From positions 192,001 through 256,000 of the forward strand of contig CAWALK010000022.1 of NCBI GenBank assembly GCA_963782915.1: DNA of 64,000 nucleotides, in the 5' to 3' direction. Below the pieces are notes generated by a model. It searched no databases, had not been told where the DNA came from, and was given only the letters and a program-made list of their open reading frames with translations. Position numbers and translations under genes: made by a program. Positions 1-9,687 of the stretch are shown here, one piece after another (within the stretch, counting starts at the first letter, position 1; every line of letters begins with the position of its first letter). Source of the DNA: an uncultured archaeon. Lineage in GTDB: Archaea; Thermoproteota; Bathyarchaeia; Bathyarchaeales; Bathycorpusculaceae.

Positions 1-900
1 ATGGCGACGCCTAAAAGAGCACTGCCAAAAAAGGGGCATCAAAATAATCGGTGACATACCCTTCTACGTTGCACATGACAGCGCCGACGTTTGGGTGCAT
101 CCCGAACTCTTCAGCCTGCACGGCAAAGGCAAATCTCGTTATGTCGGCGGCGTTCCACCTGATTATTTTAGCGCAACTGGGCAGCTTTGGGCAACCCCGT
201 CTATAACTGGGCAAAGCACAGAGAAACAGGGTTTGAATGGTGGATGGACGCATACGCCACAACCTTATGCTATGTGATATGCTGCGGCTGGATCACTTCC
301 GCGGTTATGTAGCATACTGGCAACTTTCTGGTATAGCTAAAACGGCTGTTCGGGGCCGCTGGGTCAAGACGCCATCGGATGCTTTTTTTAAGGCGCTCAA
401 GGGTGCGTTTCCTTCGTTGCCTTTTATAGCTGAGGATTTAGGGTACATCGACAAACCAGTCGAAGACGCAATAAAAGAGCTTGGCATTCCAGGGATGCGA
501 GTGATTATCTTCGGATTAGATGGTGCCGAAGATATCCTGCATTTCCCAAGTAACCACATAGAGAACTCAGTGGTTTACACTGGAACCCATGACACCAATA
601 CTGCGAAAGGCTAGTTCACGACTAAGCTCTGAGAAAGAAAAGGCTAATCTCTTCAATCTTGTCGGCAAAAAAGTAACTGAACAAGACGTAAGTCTTGAAG
701 TAATCAAATTGGCATTGTCCTCTGTAGCTGAATTGTCAATTGTTCCGTTTCAGGATGTCCTCGGTTTAGGTGCAGAGGCACGAATGAATAATCCAAGCCA
801 ACCAACTGGTAACTGGCAATGGCGAGTAACAGCAAATCAGTTAGCCAGCAGCAAATTCGTTAAACTGGCTGATTTGACTGCTAACTACCTGAGATGCTGA
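1..900 (+). CDS. malQ: 4-alpha-glucanotransferase (amylomaltase), 5'-truncated by window edge, frameshifted
   Basis: ORF pieces contain GH77 motifs GGVPPDYFSATGQLW, RLDHFRG, IAEDLG, VYTGTHDT, ARMNNP..GNWQWR. Confidence 0.93.
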
Positions 901-953
901 GAGCAAAGATGCTATATAGTAATTCAGCCCTAACTACTCAGAAGATGATTAAA

Positions 954-1707
954 ATGAGAAAAATCCTTTAATCGTATAGTAGCAGTTTTTATTATTGTAA
1001 TCACCGGCGGTTACCTTGCCTGCATATATTTACCAAGCCAAAACGGAAACAGCGACAACCAAAACAATGAGCAACAAACAATCCTCTCAACTGTCGAGCA
1101 AATTCGCGGTGGCGCATTACTCTATTTAGCTGCAAACCACACCCAAGCCCTTCCTATGATGGGTGAATTCTCATGGAGTGGCGGCAAACAAGACACAGGC
1201 GGACTTGGCGCAGAAACCTACGTGTACACCAATGGCAGTTGGTCTGTTGTCATCGATTACCCAGTAGTACCTAACCCATTATACACTATAACCGTTGATT
1301 ACTCATCACAGGATGTCTCAGTGAACTGGATGGGCACCTTCCAGAATCAAACATTTACCGAAACAAGCTGTACAATCAACGCTCCAGTCGTATACATAAC
1401 GCAAGAGCAAATGCGCGACTTAACAATGATGTACCTAAGAATCTACCATAACGAAACTAGCGCATACATGCATGGCATGTCATGGACAGGCGGCAGAATG
1501 GATCAGGGCATGATGGTTGGCTCAGACAAATACAACTACCAAAGCAACGGCTGGAACTTCACCATGCAGAACCCAGTAGTGCCAAACCCAATCTATACAA
1601 TAACCGCAGAATATACTCCAGCGGACATGCATTCAACATTGATGGCTTGGGAAGGAACGCTGCAAAACGGCACAATAACCCAAACAATCTATAAATATAC
1701 CCCATAA
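954..1707 (+). CDS. membrane-anchored/secreted protein with two tandem ~90 aa repeats; start approximate (frameshift near 5' end)
   Basis: Hydrophobic N-terminus upstream of ORF 1156; repeats SWSGG..Y.Y....W..V..PVVPNPLYTIT..W.GT.QN and SWTGG..Y.Y....W.....PVVPNPIYTIT..W.GT.QN. Confidence 0.7.
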
Positions 1708-1932
1708 AATTTTCTTTATTAAAATGTGATAAAAGTATTATTTTTCTGGGGTTAAGAGTTATTTTGTGTGTTTTGTTGATGCTTTCGTATACAGAAAACG
1801 CACGGACGTTTTTCAGGTTGACCTCCCTCCTGTTAGTAGACCCGACATTCTGATCTGTTTGTGTTTGCTCCTCAACCAGCCAGCAACCCAAACCAGACGC
1901 TAAACGCCAAAAGCAATCGCCAGCGTCGCCCA

Positions 1933-1970
1933 TTGGTTGTTGTTGTGTATAGGGGGTTTCCGCCAACAAC
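1933..1970 (+). repeat. intergenic hairpin repeat copy a (TTGGTTGTTGTTG-loop with GGGGT-CAACAAC)
   Basis: Similar to 2371-2412, 40521-40562, 53145-53185, including upstream context. Confidence 0.7.
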
Positions 1971-2176
1971 ACACTGTAGAAAAACAAGCAACAAACAACT
2001 TGATTTACTAATATAATGAAGGGAAAATTGGCAGAGCAACAAGCATCCACTGGTACACCGAATCGCAGAAGTCTCCGGCGCAGATGTATAGCAAACCCGC
2101 AAATCAGCCTGCAACCGCACAAATCCCGCAGCCGCCAAACAACAAACGCCGCCCTTAAACTGGCTCATTCATGCAG

Positions 2177-2272
2177 TTGTTGAGCCTATAAATAAGGGAG
2201 GGGGTCTAGCTCAGAGCAGCAAAAGGGCTCCTTATAGGGGATAGGGGGTCAGTGGCAAAGCAACAAACCCTG
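2177..2272 (+). repeat. two tandem G-string intergenic repeat modules
   Basis: TTGTTGAGCCTATAAATAAGGG exact at 2177-2198, 23921-23942(rc), 57889-57910(rc); 2233-2266 nearly identical to rc of 58829-58863. Confidence 0.8.
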
Positions 2273-2370
2273 TTATAGGCTGTTTCTGGCACTGTTTGCA
2301 GAAGTCTACACAACCAGCAAACTAACTAAACCAAACGCAGAAAACCAAAAGCAATGCACCGCACAGCCCG

Positions 2371-2412
2371 TTGGTTGTTGTTGAAATAATAGGGGTCCAC
2401 AGCAACAACCAA
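2371..2412 (+). repeat. intergenic hairpin repeat copy b
   Basis: TTGGTTGTTGTTG...CAGCAACAACCAA, 13-bp stem with one G-U. Confidence 0.8.
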
Positions 2413-2460
2413 GATAAAAAACCAAGACTAAACAACTTTAGCTCTACTATTCTGCAACGG

Positions 2461-3039
2461 TCAAGGGTTAACCCATTTTTGAGCAGCAACAAGACACTTT
2501 TCAAAGCCACCCAAATATGTGAACAGTTGGTTTGGCGGTGCCTTTTCAACCACCAACAGTTTACTGTTTGCGTTTACACAACCGTCTATCATAAGATTAT
2601 CCACCAAACAATTTTCCTCAATGAACATGCCTTGAGCATCGCGCAGTTTACCATCAAATTCGCGGTTGACTTGCCCCTTAAGCGCTACCACTGTACGCTC
2701 AGTAAATGAAGCCGCAACATTAGTGTAGGCAAACACCGTTTTGCCCAATGCATGAGCAAACCCCATCTCATACACGGTGCCCACATCAGCACTTGGACCC
2801 CTAAACGGAGTAATATTAGCGATAACTATCTCGCAGCTTTTAATCAAACCCTCATTGACATCGCTGATGCATAAGCCGAATTCTCGGGGGCTTTTACCGT
2901 CAGCGTTTATCTCGACATCTATGGGGTAGACGCCTTCGAACCCATACTTTTTACATAGGGCTTTTTTGTGTTCGCCGATTTCTTTGGCGTTGCATAGAAA
3001 GACCTCTGGACCAGCAAGGTAAACACGACTAGGTGGCAC
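2461..3039 (-). CDS. nucleoside 2-deoxyribosyltransferase family protein
   Basis: VYLAGP, IANITPFRG..ADVGTVYEMGFA.ALGK, NLMID motifs. Confidence 0.9.
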   Translation of the reverse strand: MPPSRVYLAGPEVFLCNAKEIGEHKKALCKKYGFEGVYPIDVEINADGKSPREFGLCISDVNEGLIKSCEIVIANITPFRGPSADVGTVYEMGFAHALGKTVFAYTNVAASFTERTVVALKGQVNREFDGKLRDAQGMFIEENCLVDNLMIDGCVNANSKLLVVEKAPPNQLFTYLGGFEKCLVAAQKWVNP

Positions 3040-3283
3040 GATGAATCTCCTAACATAGTACGTTATTCAAGTGCTTATAAAATGAAGCCGTTTTCTATTT
3101 CAGATTACCCCATAAAATGGTTGCCCCTTAAATTTGGCTGAACCAAAACAGACCTAAAATGACACTTTTCTTTTTAGACCAAGCGGTTTGTTTAGTTTGA
3201 AAAGACCTCTCTACAGAATAATGCTTTATGCTCAATCGATAAGCACCTTTAAATCCAATTTATGAATACTTTCCGAGGAATAG

Positions 3284-4003
3284 GTGGATTTGTTGCCCTA
3301 CAACACCCTTACATACAACACTCTTATGGTAATAGGAATCGTAACTATTCCCATAGCCATCGCTCTATCCTACCTATTCTTTAAAGTCTACCGATACCAA
3401 CGCTCCATCACCTTACTCGGCCTACCAGTTGGATTCCTATTCCTAACGATATCCTACGTTTTCCTTGGGGCACATCTTGTATATCCAGCGATGGATCCCA
3501 TCTCAAGCTCTCTTATGTGGCTCCGTGTAGCAACTCAAACTTGGGGATTTACTTTAATTGCAGCTTCCTATTTTATGGCAAACCGAACTCAAAAGATAAC
3601 AAAGCATAGCTACTTGGCACTATCATTGTGGTCGATTGTTGCTGTAGTTTGCATCTTTGCCCTATTGTTAGTCATTAACCCAGTAGGCTTGTCATCGGTT
3701 TACGCTGACAATGGCCTGTTTACTGCCGCTAATCTTGGATTGTTAACTTACATCATGTTCTGCCTAATTAGAAAAATAAAGTTGACCACAGGAAAGGTTT
3801 CCAGTTTAGTAGGTGCACCAATAGCGTTTGGTTTACTTTGGTTAGGCCAATTGTCTTTTCTACTCTGGGATCTCAATAATGGAGGAACCGTTTGCCTATT
3901 TGGATCCGAAGTTACAAGATTGGTAAGTTTGGCGTTATTCATTCTCATCTACTACCAAGCAAGTAAGGAGGTATCAGCCATTGACAAGTACGAAACGAAG
4001 TAA
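3284..4003 (+). CDS. polytopic membrane protein (~7 TM), unknown function
   Basis: About seven hydrophobic segments; overlaps downstream HTH gene. Confidence 0.75.
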   Translation: MDLLPYNTLTYNTLMVIGIVTIPIAIALSYLFFKVYRYQRSITLLGLPVGFLFLTISYVFLGAHLVYPAMDPISSSLMWLRVATQTWGFTLIAASYFMANRTQKITKHSYLALSLWSIVAVVCIFALLLVINPVGLSSVYADNGLFTAANLGLLTYIMFCLIRKIKLTTGKVSSLVGAPIAFGLLWLGQLSFLLWDLNNGGTVCLFGSEVTRLVSLALFILIYYQASKEVSAIDKYETK

Positions 4004-4259
4004 GGTTGATATTTACTCCGCTGTTCTGGAATGTTTAATCCAAGAGGGCGCGAAACTTGGAAAAGCCAGTCCTACTCGCGTTGCTCACCGAGCGAACCTC
4101 CCATATGATAGATTCCAGAAAATTTTAGATCACTTTATCGAGTTAGATATGGTTAGGCGAACAGAGGCAGGTCTTTTAATAACTGAGAAAGGTATCAAAT
4201 GCCTTGAGGAATTCCATAAAGCAAACGAGTTCTTCAGAAGAATGGGCCTCTATACATAA
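3981..4259 (+). CDS. archaeal winged helix-turn-helix protein
   Basis: KRSKVDIY..VL, SPTRVAHRANL.Y, ITEKG pattern. Confidence 0.85.
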   Translation: MTSTKRSKVDIYSAVLECLIQEGAKLGKASPTRVAHRANLPYDRFQKILDHFIELDMVRRTEAGLLITEKGIKCLEEFHKANEFFRRMGLYT

Positions 4260-5071
4260 CTATTTTCTTCTTCGATACTCTCTTTGGATTTGCTCCACCA
4301 TAACCTTTCGAAGTAATCTTGGAATACTTTGGTAAGCATAGGATTATTCGACCATAATATGGGTGCTTGAGAAAAGTCGCCCTCTGTTGAAGTTGCCATC
4401 TGAGCTTCATTGCCATCATAAACAGCTAAGAATGAAACAGGTAACTCCTCGATGTATTTAATTTGACAAGCAGTTTGGCATAATTCTGGCAGAATTTTCG
4501 AAAAAGGCTTATTCATACTTGTCCTATCTAGAATAAACCGAATTTTGACGCCTCTATTTGTTGCTTTTATGATTTCTTCGCTCGCAGTTAAAAGTGTTTG
4601 ATTGAACTTCTTAAATGAAGTTATACAATCTATGCTGTCTTGAGCGCCTGCAATAGCTGTCATTCCCTTATTGAAGCTGGCTTTTCCCTTGGGAACCAAA
4701 ACAAATTCGTCACCAAAAGCATTTGTTTGTTCACCGCCTTTATTCTCGTATTCTTCCAGCAATTTTCCAGTCTTTTCTTTTAAATCCCTTATCTCTTCAT
4801 GTTTCTGCCCAATCAAAATCGATACTGCTTCATGTAATGATAGCGGTTTATACTTCGTGGGTGAGCATAAAATCGTTTCAATTAAACCCGCGCGCTTGAG
4901 TTCAAGCATCGCTCGATAAGTATCTGGGCGGCCTACACCTGAATTTTCGGCTACGGCTCTAATGGTTGAGGTTCCTTTTTCAATGAGGGCAAGATAGATT
5001 TTGGCTTGTGTCCTACTAATCCCTAAATCAACTAGAGTCTTTATGCTTTTTTCTCTGTCCCGCATACCCAT
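4250..5071 (-). CDS. TrmB family transcriptional regulator
   Basis: LGISRTQAKIYLAL..G.ST...VA..SGV.R..TY HTH; C-terminal WSNNP..FQDYFERLW. Confidence 0.9.
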   Translation of the reverse strand: MGMRDREKSIKTLVDLGISRTQAKIYLALIEKGTSTIRAVAENSGVGRPDTYRAMLELKRAGLIETILCSPTKYKPLSLHEAVSILIGQKHEEIRDLKEKTGKLLEEYENKGGEQTNAFGDEFVLVPKGKASFNKGMTAIAGAQDSIDCITSFKKFNQTLLTASEEIIKATNRGVKIRFILDRTSMNKPFSKILPELCQTACQIKYIEELPVSFLAVYDGNEAQMATSTEGDFSQAPILWSNNPMLTKVFQDYFERLWWSKSKESIEEENSYV

Positions 5072-5273
5072 CTTTTCTCTTGTTGATTTTCCAAAAAGTA
5101 CCCTAAGTTAGAATATAAATTGGATGAACTTCTAGTGCATAACCCTTCTACGTTTGTTGGAGCACCAACCAACACCTTCTTAATAATTTGTTAATCCATC
5201 GTCTCGGCTGGGCAGGTGCAAAGTTTTTACTAAACTAGTCCTTGCCCGAAAAAAATTGGAGAAAAGAAAAAAA

Positions 5274-7829
5274 TTGAAAACTCTAAACAACAAAATCATC
5301 GCAACTCTTATCGCAGTAATTCTAGTATCCTCAATGGCTATCGCAATCGGAAACCTGCCAAATGCTAGCGCACACAACCCTGCTTGGGAAATCCCAACAT
5401 GGTGCTACATGCAGGTTTCACCAAACCCTGTCGGTTTAGGACAACCAGTAGCATTCGTCATTTGGAACACTCGTGTTCCTGACGGAGCGTTAGTGACTAA
5501 TGACATCAGATGGAAAAACTACACTATCGTTCTAACAAAACCTGATAACACAACCGAAGTTCTCGGTGGATTCAACTCTGACCCCACTGGTTCAACATAC
5601 ACACAATACACACCAAACCAAATCGGTAACTGGACAGCTAAACTAATCTTCCCCGAACAAATCCTCACAACAACAGGTACACTCGCAAACGACGTATTCA
5701 AAGAAAGCACATACACAACCACCTTTACAGTACAGCAAGATGCAATTTCCACCGTAAGCTACCAATATCCATTACCCACAGAATATTGGACTCGTCCAAT
5801 CGAGGGTCAAAACAATGAATGGTTCACAATAGGCTCAAACTGGCTTCGAGGCTCTCAAGTCCAGATCGCACCAAGCGGAACTGGAACTTCTGGCAGAGTT
5901 CAACTAGACGGTATTGCACCAAACAGTGGACACATCATGTGGACAACACCCCTTGAAGACGGCGGAGTAGTCGGTGGAACCAACACCGCTATCGACGGAA
6001 ACGTCTTCTACTCTGGCACACAATACAACCCACGCTTCAATAACGCAATCATCATGGGCGGAAGAATCTACTATTCTGAACCAAAAGAAAACACTGGCAC
6101 AGGCGGCGACGTTGTATGCCGTGACTTACGAACCGGCGAAGAACTTTGGAGACGCAGCGACATTTCAATGTTCTCATTCGGAATGTACTACGCAATGGAA
6201 TACTACAACCAGCACGGAGTAATTCCACCAGGAGTACTATTCACAACATCAGGCAGCACAATAATCGCATACAACCCCCTCAACGGTCACGAGATGGGCT
6301 GGAACCTAACCAACGTTCCAACCGGCTCAATCGCTAACGAAGCAGTCGGTCCATCAGGCGAAATCCTAAGATACCAACTACAAAGCTACGGCACAGGCGC
6401 AAACCAAGTCTACAAAATACAACAATGGAACCTATCCAGAGCATACATCATAAACACTAACCCAACAAACCCAGCAACACTACAAGCAAACGCATCATCA
6501 TTCTATGACTTTAACCAAACAGTAACATACCAAGGCCAACCATTCAAAGTATCAGGCGCAAGCGCACAAGCAGTCATCTACAATGACTTAGTACTCTTCA
6601 GAAACGGCAGCCTACAAACACAAACAAGCGGCAACGCACAACCATACACTTACTTCGCAGTAGACATCAACGCATCACACGCAACACTTGGCAACGTCAT
6701 ATGGATGAAAAACTATGACCAACCAGCCGGCAACCTAACCCTGCTCTCAACAGCAGCAGGCGACGGCGTTTGGACAATGATGTACAAAGAAACATACCAA
6801 TGGATCGGATTCGACATGCACACCGGAGCAAAACTCTGGGACCACGCAGCAATGGACTTCTCTGAACTAGACTACAACCCATATGGCTACTACAGCTCAA
6901 CCACCGGCAACATGCTAACACACGCAATCTACCAGGGCAAACTATACTCAACAGGCTACAGCGGAATGCTCTTCTGCTACGACCTCTACACTGGAAAACT
7001 CCTCTGGAAATATGAAGCTCCAGCAAACATGGAAGTTTTCAAGTACTACACACTACACATCGGCGCAGTCGCAGACGGAAAAGTCTACCTCGGCTCACAC
7101 GAACACTCTGCAAGCACACCACTACTCAAAGGCAACCTAGTAAGATGCGTCAACGCAACAGACGGAACTGAAATTTGGACTCTACCCGGATGGGCAGCAG
7201 CATACAGTCCAGTAGTTGCAGACGGCTTCCTAGCATACGCCAACCTATACGACAACCAAGTTTACGTCGTCGGTAAAGGTCCAAGCGAAACCACAGTCGA
7301 AATCGAAGACAACGTTATCCAAAGCGGCAGCAGTGTAATGATCACAGGTACAGTAACAGACATCGCTTCAGGCACCACACAGACTGAACAAGCAGCACGT
7401 TTCCCCAACGGCGTCCCAGCAGTTTCAGATGCAAGCATGGGTCAATACATGGCATACGTCTACGAACAAAAACCGCTCCCAACTAACGTAACCGGTGTCC
7501 CAGTGACACTGAGCGTTGTTGACGCAAACGGCAACTACAGAACCATCGGACAAACTACCACTAACGACGGATTCTTCAGCTTAAGCTGGAAACCAGACGT
7601 TGAAGGTGACTTCCAAGTCTACGCTTCATTCGGCGGATCTGAATCATACTGGCCATCACATGCAATAACAGCATTCACCGTTGACTCTGCAGCAGCAACA
7701 CCAGCACCAACACAAACACCAGCAACACCAATATCTGAGCAATACTTCGTCCCAGCAATCGCAGGTCTACTCGTTGCAATCATCGTGGTCGGTCTATTGA
7801 CCATCATGATGCTCAAGAAGCACCCATAA
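5274..7829 (+). CDS. large membrane-anchored PQQ-like beta-propeller surface protein (paralog 1)
   Basis: TTG start after GGAG SD; signal peptide; YPLPTEYWTRPI; DLRTGEELW/YDLYTGKLLW blades; Thr/Pro linker, C-terminal TM + KKHP. Confidence 0.88.
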   Translation: MKTLNNKIIATLIAVILVSSMAIAIGNLPNASAHNPAWEIPTWCYMQVSPNPVGLGQPVAFVIWNTRVPDGALVTNDIRWKNYTIVLTKPDNTTEVLGGFNSDPTGSTYTQYTPNQIGNWTAKLIFPEQILTTTGTLANDVFKESTYTTTFTVQQDAISTVSYQYPLPTEYWTRPIEGQNNEWFTIGSNWLRGSQVQIAPSGTGTSGRVQLDGIAPNSGHIMWTTPLEDGGVVGGTNTAIDGNVFYSGTQYNPRFNNAIIMGGRIYYSEPKENTGTGGDVVCRDLRTGEELWRRSDISMFSFGMYYAMEYYNQHGVIPPGVLFTTSGSTIIAYNPLNGHEMGWNLTNVPTGSIANEAVGPSGEILRYQLQSYGTGANQVYKIQQWNLSRAYIINTNPTNPATLQANASSFYDFNQTVTYQGQPFKVSGASAQAVIYNDLVLFRNGSLQTQTSGNAQPYTYFAVDINASHATLGNVIWMKNYDQPAGNLTLLSTAAGDGVWTMMYKETYQWIGFDMHTGAKLWDHAAMDFSELDYNPYGYYSSTTGNMLTHAIYQGKLYSTGYSGMLFCYDLYTGKLLWKYEAPANMEVFKYYTLHIGAVADGKVYLGSHEHSASTPLLKGNLVRCVNATDGTEIWTLPGWAAAYSPVVADGFLAYANLYDNQVYVVGKGPSETTVEIEDNVIQSGSSVMITGTVTDIASGTTQTEQAARFPNGVPAVSDASMGQYMAYVYEQKPLPTNVTGVPVTLSVVDANGNYRTIGQTTTNDGFFSLSWKPDVEGDFQVYASFGGSESYWPSHAITAFTVDSAAATPAPTQTPATPISEQYFVPAIAGLLVAIIVVGLLTIMMLKKHP

Positions 7830-7884
7830 ATAACAAACATAAAAACAAAACTTTCCCACCCTTTTTTAGTTTAAATGGTACGTC

Positions 7885-8000
7885 AACTGGGGCTGAGAAG
7901 GCGACTGGTTACGATTTACGATGTTTGCAATCATCGTGGATCTAATTTGCAGTTGTGTTCTACTCTCCTTAATGGTCCAGTCGCCTCAGCAAACCCAGTT
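7885..8000 (+). ncRNA. BHB-flanked intron-like sRNA, copy 1 (predicted excised RNA 7898-7992, 95 nt)
   Basis: AACUGGG|GCUG|AGA|AGGCGACUGG pairs with CCAGUCGCCU|CAGC|AAA|CCCAGUU; 11-bp internal hairpin 7913-7942; CUCUCCUU anti-SD. Confidence 0.85.
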
Positions 8001-8065
8001 AACAGTGCCAAATTTTAGTTATGCCAAGCGACGATTTATTTAATTAGCTTTAGATTTGAAGCCGT

Positions 8066-9022
8066 TTAGAAGGTTGAGAGGAATTCTCTACGGAGTGGCC
8101 ATACAGGAAATAATCTGGAAACAGATATCTCCCAATTAGTTAGGTTATTTATTGCCAGAATCTGCTCCTTGAAACCCACAAATTGGTCAATATCTCTAAT
8201 CATCAAGCTCGCTATGCAATCAAATTTGCCGCTAGTTTTATGAATAAAGTTAATGTCAGGAGATTGAGAAATGGCTTCTACACTCCTGCTGAGGTTATCT
8301 TGAGAGAATGATAATTTGAAGAGAGCAAAAGCCCTGTACCCAATTTTTGAGGGGTTGATTTGAATTACTGGTTTTATGTCTTTATTGCGCTTGAGTTTTC
8401 CGTATCTTCTAATAACGGTATCTGTTGAGATGCCGAGTTCTTTACTGATATTGCAAAATGGGGTTCGCCCATTTGTTACCAATTTTTCAATTATGAATTT
8501 GTCAATATCATCAATTTCGATACGATTGATTTCTTTGTCTGTGCTTTGATCATTTTCTCCAGCAACTGCGTTAGCTAGTACAGATAGATTATCTGGGTTA
8601 TTACACATTCCAAGCCAAACTTGAGCTTCTACCTCTAGGACATAGGGTAATTGCTTGATGGATTGTTTAGTTTGCTCTATCTCCTGCATTGTTTTTACGG
8701 TGAATACCGCGCTAAGGTTTGGATTAACTCCTTCAGGATAAACTTCAATCACGTTGGCTGCATCGTTGAGAAGCTTGATAACATAATCTGCCTTGTGTAG
8801 TTGAGTGTAAATGTTGAAGGTTGCGACAAAATTGCTGTTGTAACAGGCGCAACTGTTTTGGATGGTTGCTCCAACGATTATGCCTTGTTTTTTCATTTGT
8901 TTGTATCTGTTAGCGATGACTTCTTTGGATACATTGCTTTGTTGGGCGATGGCTGTGAAGCTTTTCCGTCCATCCTTTAGCAGTTCTTTTAGGATTGTTG
9001 CGTTAATGCGGTCGATCTTCAA
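8066..9022 (-). CDS. Lrp/AsnC family regulator with two tandem HTH-RAM units
   Basis: IDRINATILKELLKDGRKSF and IDDIDKFIIEKLVTNGRTPF..ISKELGIS. Confidence 0.9.
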   Translation of the reverse strand: MKIDRINATILKELLKDGRKSFTAIAQQSNVSKEVIANRYKQMKKQGIIVGATIQNSCACYNSNFVATFNIYTQLHKADYVIKLLNDAANVIEVYPEGVNPNLSAVFTVKTMQEIEQTKQSIKQLPYVLEVEAQVWLGMCNNPDNLSVLANAVAGENDQSTDKEINRIEIDDIDKFIIEKLVTNGRTPFCNISKELGISTDTVIRRYGKLKRNKDIKPVIQINPSKIGYRAFALFKLSFSQDNLSRSVEAISQSPDINFIHKTSGKFDCIASLMIRDIDQFVGFKEQILAINNLTNWEISVSRLFPVWPLRREFLSTF

Positions 9023-9148
9023 TTATGGTTGCTTCCGATTGTTTGCTTTCTGTTAATGATTGGTTTGAATATCATAAATTGCTTTCGGAAATAATGAAAA
9101 TTCGCAACTGAATTCTTTAACTCTTTCCATTTTTATAGGTATGTTAGT

Positions 9149-9164
9149 CGAAAAAACTATATAA
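9149..9164 (+). promoter_or_regulatory. candidate BRE-TATA promoter upstream of BHB sRNA copy 2
   Basis: CGAAAAAA-CTATATAA about 45 nt before the element. Confidence 0.5.
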
Positions 9165-9209
9165 CAAATTAGTAGAAAAATATGGCAAAACGATAGATTA
9201 AGATAAAAC

Positions 9210-9312
9210 GGGCTGAATAGGCGCTGGTAAGTATCACGATATTGCCTGCCCGGTGTTTCGTGGAGAGCTTTTGCATTTAGCTCTTACTCCTTATCCAGAG
9301 CCTCAGCAAACC
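9210..9312 (+). ncRNA. BHB-flanked intron-like sRNA, copy 2, stand-alone (predicted excised RNA 9218-9309, 92 nt)
   Basis: GG|GCUG|AAU|AGGCGCUGG with CCAGAGCCU|CAGC|AAA|CC; CACGA/UCGUG hairpin; UUUUGCAU..CUUACUCCUUA segment. Confidence 0.75.
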
Positions 9313-9485
9313 ACAAAAACGTAGTTACTATTAACCGGCCGCTGATACCACATTATCAATCCTTAGCGGATGCACATGCCTCTGAGGATAGCTTGGTTTT
9401 GCTTAGGTTTTACGAATTACCCGCACAGAGATGCTTAGACAGCAATTAAAATATACCAAGTAAACATTGACTTGCTGGGTAAGCT

Positions 9486-9678
9486 ATGAAGCGAAAGAGC
9501 CTGCGAAAATTCAGCATAAAAAATAACCTAACTGCATTTTTAGGTTTGTCCCTTGTTTCGCTTGTTGTATTCGGGTTCATAGCACTCAACGGGCAAGATT
9601 CAAGAGGCGGTGGCTGCGTTTTCTGGTAGTCAACCCCAACTCGACGGTATCACCTTTATGATTATGAAAATGACTTAG
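9486..9678 (+). pseudogene. internally deleted membrane-bound SpoIIE/RsbU-type PP2C phosphatase remnant
   Basis: N-terminal TM (MKRKSLRKFSIKNNLTAFLGLSLVSLVVFGFIAL) joined out of frame to KIQEAVAAFSGSQPQLDGITFMIMKMT*, resembling the SpoIIE C-terminal PQ.DDIT motif; directly upstream of RsbW/RsbV. Confidence 0.65.
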
Positions 9679-9687
9679 AAGGCTTGA

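Noticed and set aside
2177-2272. Replication origin (ORB) or KOPS-like polar sites from the G-strings
   Set aside because: No TCCA-TGGAA ORB core, no cdc6 nearby, and both orientations are mixed
1933-2412. CRISPR array from GTTGTTG repeats
   Set aside because: Copies are dispersed, with no regular spacers and no cas genes
1559-2549. Minus-strand ORFs of 75-187 aa in the repeat-rich gap (similar ones at 19440, 23928, 33026, 57935)
   Set aside because: They arise from low-complexity repeat DNA and show no protein-like motifs
7889-7993. tmRNA- or tRNA-like identity for the GGGGCTGA-starting elements
   Set aside because: No T-arm, CCA end or tag frame; too short; no C/D boxes either
9335-9445. 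Possible H/ACA RNA (two short stems each followed by ACA)
   Set aside because: Upper stems are weak and no K-turn or target was identified
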